Of a stretch of DNA of 64,000 nt, positions 58,315 to 64,000 are shown piece after piece. The position numbers and the translations under genes were made by a program. Numbering within the stretch: the stretch's first letter is position 1; every line of letters starts with the position of its first letter. The DNA is taken from the NCBI GenBank assembly GCA_031972295.1, contig DALYEZ010000001.1, positions 57,759-121,758 of the forward strand. Direction: 5' to 3'. The notes below the pieces were generated by a model that saw nothing but the letters and a program-made list of their open reading frames with translations, had not been told where the DNA came from and made no database searches. The DNA is from Minisyncoccota bacterium. Its GTDB lineage: Bacteria; Patescibacteriota; Minisyncoccia; Phycocordibacterales; UBA5272.

Positions 58315-59622
58315 ATGTCAAAAGAAAACACACAGAACGTAAATTCGCTTCAGTCTCCGAAAGGGACGCGCGATATTATTGGAGATGACTATTACAAGTT
58401 TCAGGGGCTTTTCGAAAAAGCACAAGAAGTTTCTGTCTATTACGGTTTCAAACCAATAGAGACACCCATCCTTGAACACGAAAGTACATTTACCTCAGCT
58501 GTTGGTGTGGGCACAGATATTATCGACAAAGAGATGTATACCTTAAAAACAAAAGGTGGCGATCATCTCGCAATGCGTCCAGAACAAACTGCAGGACTTA
58601 TGCGTGCATACATTGAACACGGCATGCAGTCGCTCCCTCAGCCCGTACTTCTCTATCACTCAGGCCCCGTATTCCGTCACGATAATCCGCAAAAAGGACG
58701 CTACCGCCAGTTCTATCAATTTGATGTTGATGCACTCGGAAGTGATTGCAGTATTTTAGATGCTCTCATCATCAAAACTATTTACACCGTACTTACCGAA
58801 GCGGGCGCAAAAGATTTAGTGGTTAATATAAACTCAATCGGCGACAAAGAATCTCGTCCTGCATATATCCGCGCACTTACAAACTACTACAAGAAGCATC
58901 TCAAAGACTTACCCCTAGTAGATCAGGAACGACTCAAGACAAACCCGCTTCGCATTCTTGACTCAAAGCATCCTGTTACTAAAGAAATAAACCAAGGCGC
59001 ACCAGACGCTGTGAGCTTCCTTTCAAGTTCTGGTAAGAAACATTTCAAAGAAGTGCTTCAATACCTCGACGACATGAGTATTACGTACGAAATCGACAAA
59101 CTCCTCGTGCGAGGACTTTCCTACTACACGCACACCGTATTTGAAATCATGGAAAAAAACGAAGACGGAAGTATGGTAACCATCGCTGCTGGAGGTCGCT
59201 ACGACTATCTTGGTAAAATGATTGGTTCTAAAAAAGACATTCCTGCAGTTGGAGGCTCGCTTGGCATGGATAGAATCGTAGAACGGCCTTGGTTTAAAAA
59301 TCTTGCACCACGAATCATGAAGAAACCAAAAGTATTTTTTGTACAACTTGGGTTTGAGGCAAAATTAAAAAGTCTTGCGGTATTAGAAATTTTACGGAAA
59401 GCACGTATTCCCGTTGAACAGTCTATCTCGAAAGACAGTCTTGGAAGTCAGCTCAGTATTGCGGAAAAGCTCGGCATTCCTTACGTGCTCATCTTCGGAC
59501 AAAAAGAAGCCATGGAACATTCTGTAATTGTCCGCGATATGGAAAACAGATCTCAGGAGACAGTGAAAATTGATGAATTAAGCGATTACATCAAACACCT
59601 TAAAGACCACCAGACAAAATAA
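58315..59622 (+). CDS. hisS: histidyl-tRNA synthetase
   Basis: class II motifs; PKGTRD; HisRS anticodon-binding domain. Confidence 0.9.
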   Translation: MSKENTQNVNSLQSPKGTRDIIGDDYYKFQGLFEKAQEVSVYYGFKPIETPILEHESTFTSAVGVGTDIIDKEMYTLKTKGGDHLAMRPEQTAGLMRAYIEHGMQSLPQPVLLYHSGPVFRHDNPQKGRYRQFYQFDVDALGSDCSILDALIIKTIYTVLTEAGAKDLVVNINSIGDKESRPAYIRALTNYYKKHLKDLPLVDQERLKTNPLRILDSKHPVTKEINQGAPDAVSFLSSSGKKHFKEVLQYLDDMSITYEIDKLLVRGLSYYTHTVFEIMEKNEDGSMVTIAAGGRYDYLGKMIGSKKDIPAVGGSLGMDRIVERPWFKNLAPRIMKKPKVFFVQLGFEAKLKSLAVLEILRKARIPVEQSISKDSLGSQLSIAEKLGIPYVLIFGQKEAMEHSVIVRDMENRSQETVKIDELSDYIKHLKDHQTK

Positions 59623-59625
59623 AAC

Positions 59626-59658
59626 AGAGCTCGCGATCATCGCGAGCTCTTGTTGTTT
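59626..59658. terminator. bidirectional terminator agagctcgcgat-cat-cgcgagctct
   Basis: 11-bp stem. Confidence 0.55.
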
Positions 59659-60096
59659 TCACTGAGGGCGTTCCTCTGTGTCCTTTTCGATTGCTTGCCA
59701 GAGAAACTCAATGGCATTCATAACCACCTGTGGTGTATTTTCCCTGCGAAAGGTAACTTTCCCTGCATCATCTGTGACTGAGTCAATGATACGGATATAT
59801 TCATCCATATCATTGTCCTGCGTCACTTCAAGGAAACCCACTGACCCGACCGGAAAAGATGTAACTCCCCTTCTGTTCTTCGGCACTTGAGTTTCAAGTA
59901 CCGAACGGAGCAAACTGAGTGCAGACAAGGTCTTAGGTGAACATGTTCCACTCCGGGTGAATTCAACAAAAGGTGGTTCACCAATAGGGTTTTTTATCCC
60001 GAAAGTACTGATTTCAAAACCTCCTTCTACCAAACCCATGACCAACCTTGTACCATTTCCCATATCGCCACGACGGCTTCCCATGACAGACTCCAA
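59659..60096 (-). CDS. hypothetical protein
   Basis: ORF only; GC-elevated. Confidence 0.3.
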   Translation of the reverse strand: MESVMGSRRGDMGNGTRLVMGLVEGGFEISTFGIKNPIGEPPFVEFTRSGTCSPKTLSALSLLRSVLETQVPKNRRGVTSFPVGSVGFLEVTQDNDMDEYIRIIDSVTDDAGKVTFRRENTPQVVMNAIEFLWQAIEKDTEERPQ

Positions 60097-60217
60097 AAAT
60101 CACCCATGATTAGGTACCTCCATTCATCTCAAAGAAAGACACCTGTGTCAATCTAAGTTATAAAAAGGTTATTCTCATTGCAAAACAAACGCAAATGTGG
60201 TAAAAATATGGTTACTT

Positions 60218-60469
60218 ATGCCAACCGCTTACGTAGAAATAAAACGAGGACAAAATGAACCAGCCGCAGGTACACTTCGACGATTCACAAAAAGAGTCCA
60301 AGAATCGGGAATCATTCCAAAGAAACGAAGTCAGCGATATGCTGCCCGAGATCTTTCCCCTCTTAAAGTACGAAAGGCGAAACTCCTCAAAATCGGACGA
60401 ACAAAAACATACAACCGATTAAAGAAACTTGGCAAACTCACTCCTCCAAAAAAGAAAGGCGGACGATAA
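60218..60469 (+). CDS. rpsU: 30S ribosomal protein S21
   Basis: MPTAYVEIKRGQNEP...LRRFTKRV; basic tail. Confidence 0.75.
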   Translation: MPTAYVEIKRGQNEPAAGTLRRFTKRVQESGIIPKKRSQRYAARDLSPLKVRKAKLLKIGRTKTYNRLKKLGKLTPPKKKGGR

Positions 60470-60471
60470 AA

Positions 60472-60903
60472 ATGAAAACGGTGGAGAAAGAACTAGTTAC
60501 AATCATTCGAGAAACGGTAGGGGCAATTCCGTCCTTACCGTTTTTTGATGTTGTACAAAAAATACTCGGCAAAAAATACACACTGCGTTTGATATTCAGT
60601 ACCGAAAAAAATATTCAGTACCTAAACAAAACGCATCGCAAAAAAACATACATTCCAAACACACTTGCTTTTCCTCTTTCAAAAAACGAAGGTGAGATTT
60701 ATATGTCACTGAAAATAATGCGTTCGCAAGCAAAAGAATATACACTTTCGTACCCTGATTTTATTCTTTTTCTTTTCATCCACAGCTGTCTGCATTTGAA
60801 AGGATACGCACATGGGAGTACAATGGAAGAGCAAGAACGAAAGTACTTAAAACAATTTGCTCCACATGCCACGTACCCATACGACTATAGTGACCGGAAT
60901 TGA
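60472..60903 (+). CDS. ybeY: rRNA maturation RNase YbeY
   Basis: HSCLHLKGYAH zinc motif (HxxxHLxGYxH); LAFP. Confidence 0.7.
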   Translation: MKTVEKELVTIIRETVGAIPSLPFFDVVQKILGKKYTLRLIFSTEKNIQYLNKTHRKKTYIPNTLAFPLSKNEGEIYMSLKIMRSQAKEYTLSYPDFILFLFIHSCLHLKGYAHGSTMEEQERKYLKQFAPHATYPYDYSDRN

Positions 60904-62041
60904 TATCGGCACCTCTTACATAAAAGTGGTCGTTGGTGAACGTGCTGAAAATGATACATACCCGAGTATTCGTGCGGTGGTAACAGTTGAGAACAACGGC
61001 ATGCGACGAGGCTACATAGACTCAACTCAAGACGTTACCCGTTCAATAGAACGCGCCTTATCACTTGCAAGTAAACAATCAGGATATCCCATTACTCGAG
61101 TTGTAGTTGGTGTTCATGGTCTTGGACTTACTTCAATTCAAGGCACAGGCCACGCGGTCATTACGCGCGCCGATAGCCAAGTCACCACACTTGATACAAA
61201 CCGTGCGATCCAAAATTCAGAAGACACGCTCGGTGAACAAAAAAACCAAAAAATTCTCCACGTCATTCCACAAAAATGGAAGCTCGACAACAAAGACGTT
61301 CTTGCAAAAGTGCTCGGACTCACTGGTGGCAAGCTTGAAGTAAAAACACTTTTTGTTACCTACCCTGAGCAGCAAATAGAAGAACTCCACGCAATCTTTG
61401 AGTCGCTTGGCATTGATGTAGACGACACTATTGCAAGTCCGATTGCCACAAGCTTATGTGTGCTTTCAAAAAAAGAGCGCACTATTGGTTCGGCAGTCAT
61501 TGATATCGGCGCAGAAACAACCACTATGGTGGTATACGAACACTCCGTTCCCCTCCTTGTACATACGATTCAAATAGGAAGTAACGACATTACAAACGAC
61601 ATTGCTCTTGGTCTTAAGGTTTCTATTGAAGATGCAGAAAAAATGAAGCGTGGTTCATACGAAGGTAACGTTTCAAAACGGAAAATAGACGAAATTATTC
61701 GCGCGCGCACAACCGACATTTTTGAACTGGTTGATGCGCAGCTACGAAAAGTTCATCGTAGCGGGCTTCTCCCCGCAGGAGCCCTTCTTCTCGGCGGTGG
61801 CGCAAATCAAAAATTAATTCTAGAAATTGCAAAAGATATTTTACGAATTCCCGTAACCACAGACTCTCAAGAACTCACTACAATTACCAAAGGTAAGATT
61901 AAGGATCCGAGTTTGGGGGTTGCGTGCGGACTTGCACTGCTCCAAAGCGATGCATCAAGCGGACGTGCTGGCAGCGCCACAGAAACACTTTCACAGAGCT
62001 TTCGTGCAATTATTCACTTCTTCAAGCAGTTCTTACCATAA
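60866..62041 (+). CDS. ftsA: cell division protein FtsA
   Basis: IVTGIDIGTSYIKVVVGE actin-like fold; start uncertain (ATG 60866 or GTG 60890), overlaps the ybeY 3' end. Confidence 0.85.
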   Translation: MPRTHTTIVTGIDIGTSYIKVVVGERAENDTYPSIRAVVTVENNGMRRGYIDSTQDVTRSIERALSLASKQSGYPITRVVVGVHGLGLTSIQGTGHAVITRADSQVTTLDTNRAIQNSEDTLGEQKNQKILHVIPQKWKLDNKDVLAKVLGLTGGKLEVKTLFVTYPEQQIEELHAIFESLGIDVDDTIASPIATSLCVLSKKERTIGSAVIDIGAETTTMVVYEHSVPLLVHTIQIGSNDITNDIALGLKVSIEDAEKMKRGSYEGNVSKRKIDEIIRARTTDIFELVDAQLRKVHRSGLLPAGALLLGGGANQKLILEIAKDILRIPVTTDSQELTTITKGKIKDPSLGVACGLALLQSDASSGRAGSATETLSQSFRAIIHFFKQFLP

Positions 62042-62156
62042 GAACACACTTTTAAAGACTGTCACCTTACTGTAGTTTCTTTTCGCTTTTGTACTCCTCT
62101 AGTCTTTCTGATACTATATACCTATTCAAAAACACGTGCGTTTATTGTAATATTTT

Positions 62157-63386
62157 ATGCCAAAAATCAATCCAGAAATAGAAAATTTTGCCCGAATTAA
62201 AGTCATCGGTGTTGGAGGTTCAGGAAAAGGAGCAATCAATCACATGATAGAGTCACGTGTTAAAAACGTAGAATTTATCGCTGTAAATACTGATGTTCAA
62301 GATCTCCATAATTGTCTCGCTGAACGAAAAATTCATATTGGTAAAAACTTCACTAAAGGTCTCGGTGCGGGAATGAATCCTGATGTAGGAAAGCGTTCTG
62401 CAGAAGAAACAAAAGAAGAAATTCAAAATGCAGTGAAGGGTGCTGACATGGTTTTCATTACATGTGGTATGGGTGGTGGAACAGGAACAGGTGCGGCACC
62501 AACAATCGCAAAAATTTCTAAAGACGAAGGTGTGCTTACGGTTGCAGTTACAACAAAACCATTCTTCTTCGAAGGCGCACAACGAATGAAGATCGCAGAA
62601 CAAGGTCTTGCAGAGCTTGAACAAAATGTTGACGCCCTCATTGTTATTCCAAATGACAAACTCCTTGCAGCAGTAGACAAAAATACATCACTCAAAGATG
62701 CTTTCGCAATGTGTGATGAAGTGTTGAAGCAGGCAGTAGAAGGTATTTCTGAACTCATTTCAAACTCTGGAATCATGAACGTTGACTTTGCTGACGTACG
62801 CGCGGTAATGCAAGATTCAGGAACAGCACTCATGGGTGTAGGACGAGGAGCTGGAGAAAATAGAGCGGTTGAGGCAGCTCACGCAGCCATCAATTCCCCA
62901 TTGCTCGATGTTTCTATTCATGGAGCTCGTGGAGTACTCTTTGCTATTTCAGGAAGCGACGATCTTTCACTCTTTGAAGTTCAAGAAGCGGCTAAGATCA
63001 TTACTGAATCAGTTGATAAAGATGCCAAGATTATCTTTGGTGCATTTAAAGATGACACACTTAAGAAAGATGAGGTTAAGGTTACTGTTATTGCAACTGG
63101 CTTTCCTACAGTAAGTGGCAACAAACGTTCAACTCCCCTTTTCGGTGGCAATATGAACGCAACTCAAATCCAATCATCAATGCAGCAGCCTATCAACCGA
63201 AACCCAGAGCCTGAACGAAAAGAGATTCATAACGTTCTTCCTATTGCAGATATCGAGACAAAAAAAGAATCTACAAGCACAACTTCTTCTACTACAACAC
63301 CAAAACAAGGAGATGTGATTAATGTTATTGAGGACGATACAGACGACTGGGGCGCAGTACCTGCATTCTTACGACGACGAAAGTAG
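62157..63386 (+). CDS. ftsZ: cell division GTPase FtsZ
   Basis: GVGGSGKGAINHM, tubulin signature GGGTGTG. Confidence 0.95.
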   Translation: MPKINPEIENFARIKVIGVGGSGKGAINHMIESRVKNVEFIAVNTDVQDLHNCLAERKIHIGKNFTKGLGAGMNPDVGKRSAEETKEEIQNAVKGADMVFITCGMGGGTGTGAAPTIAKISKDEGVLTVAVTTKPFFFEGAQRMKIAEQGLAELEQNVDALIVIPNDKLLAAVDKNTSLKDAFAMCDEVLKQAVEGISELISNSGIMNVDFADVRAVMQDSGTALMGVGRGAGENRAVEAAHAAINSPLLDVSIHGARGVLFAISGSDDLSLFEVQEAAKIITESVDKDAKIIFGAFKDDTLKKDEVKVTVIATGFPTVSGNKRSTPLFGGNMNATQIQSSMQQPINRNPEPERKEIHNVLPIADIETKKESTSTTSSTTTPKQGDVINVIEDDTDDWGAVPAFLRRRK

Positions 63387-63422
63387 TTTCATCTGGTATT
63401 ATTAAATCTTTAACAAACCTAT

Positions 63423-64000
63423 ATGTTTGATCTTATTATCATTGGTGGAGGTCCTGGAGGCACAGCAGCGGCTGTATACGCTGCTCGAAAACAATTAAAA
63501 ACGTGTATGGTCATCAAGGAGTGGGGTGGACAATCTATTGTGTCCTCTGACATCCAAAATTGGATTGGTACGCCCCATATCGGAGGTAATGAGCTTGCAG
63601 AAAGCTTCAAGAAGCATGCATACGAATACAAAGGAGATTTCCTTACTTTTAAAGAAGGATTCTATGCATCGAAAATTGAAAAAGCAGCAGATGGATTTTC
63701 TGTAACTCTTGAATCTGGCGAAACATTAGAATCAAAAACAATTCTTGTATCTACTGGAAGTGCACGACGCAAGCTTGGGATTCCAGGATCAGACACGTTT
63801 GAACATAAAGGGGTTGTATACTGCGCATCGTGTGACGGTCCCCTTTTCTCTGGTATGGACGTGGTTGTAGTAGGGGGCGGAAATGCAGGCTTTGAGTCAG
63901 CCGCACAACTTCTTGCATACTGCAAAACTGTAACTCTTTTAAACCGTAGCGAAACATTCCGAGCTGACGAAATTACAGTAAAAAAGCTTTCAGCTCATCC
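63423..64000 (+). CDS. trxB: thioredoxin-disulfide reductase, 3'-partial (runs off the window)
   Basis: FAD motif IIIGGGPGG; redox CASCDG. Confidence 0.8.
   Translation, partial: MFDLIIIGGGPGGTAAAVYAARKQLKTCMVIKEWGGQSIVSSDIQNWIGTPHIGGNELAESFKKHAYEYKGDFLTFKEGFYASKIEKAADGFSVTLESGETLESKTILVSTGSARRKLGIPGSDTFEHKGVVYCASCDGPLFSGMDVVVVGGGNAGFESAAQLLAYCKTVTLLNRSETFRADEITVKKLSAH

Noticed and set aside
1-64000. CRISPR arrays, rRNA genes, IS or transposase or integrase genes
   Set aside because: No regularly spaced short repeats, no rRNA-like conserved stretches and no transposase or integrase-like ORFs were seen in any frame.

Overview
The window reads as a gene-dense, roughly 40-45% GC bacterial chromosome segment. 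Many ORFans and membrane proteins, near-leaderless starts and reduced operons are consistent (inference) with a small-genome Patescibacteria/CPR-like organism. The standard genetic code fits, since long ORFs such as gyrA, topA and SMC are intact. Recognisable core genes: NUDIX hydrolase (partial), alr, gyrA, rnr, rpsP-KH-trmD, rplU, recR, dnaB, trhO-like, topA, rel, tktN/tktC-rpe-rpiB, gap, gatB, parB, tRNA-Leu(UAG), yvcK-like, rpsA, pth, lepB, hisS, rpsU, ybeY, ftsA, ftsZ, trxB (partial). Between trhO (about 25.6 kb) and topA (about 40.1 kb) lies an accessory block with several higher-GC pieces. It holds (i) two tandem 250-270 nt candidate structured ncRNAs on the minus strand, each with a sigma70-like promoter, an intrinsic terminator and 5' and 3' ends that are complementary to each other (26.8-27.4 kb). 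(ii) A cassette of paralogous two-helix membrane proteins in the order full-length A, A N-module only, B N-module only, full-length B, followed by a PP2C phosphatase. Each gene has its own TAGACA-N18-TAYGAAT promoter, and both full-length paralogs end in the same two-hairpin terminator. (iii) EVE-domain, DUF45 metallopeptidase and PIF1 helicase genes. (iv) A roughly 60% GC 54-codon mini-gene with its own promoter, SD and terminator. Elsewhere there is a tandem operon of five VirB2/TrbC-like (two-helix, Sec-signal) pilin-type paralogs with a 107-bp near-identical 5' duplication, a hinge-less 760-aa SMC-like ATPase, and many core genes whose ATG sits 6-11 nt after a TATAnT box with no SD (near-leaderless). 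No CRISPR arrays, rRNA or obvious IS/transposase genes were seen.
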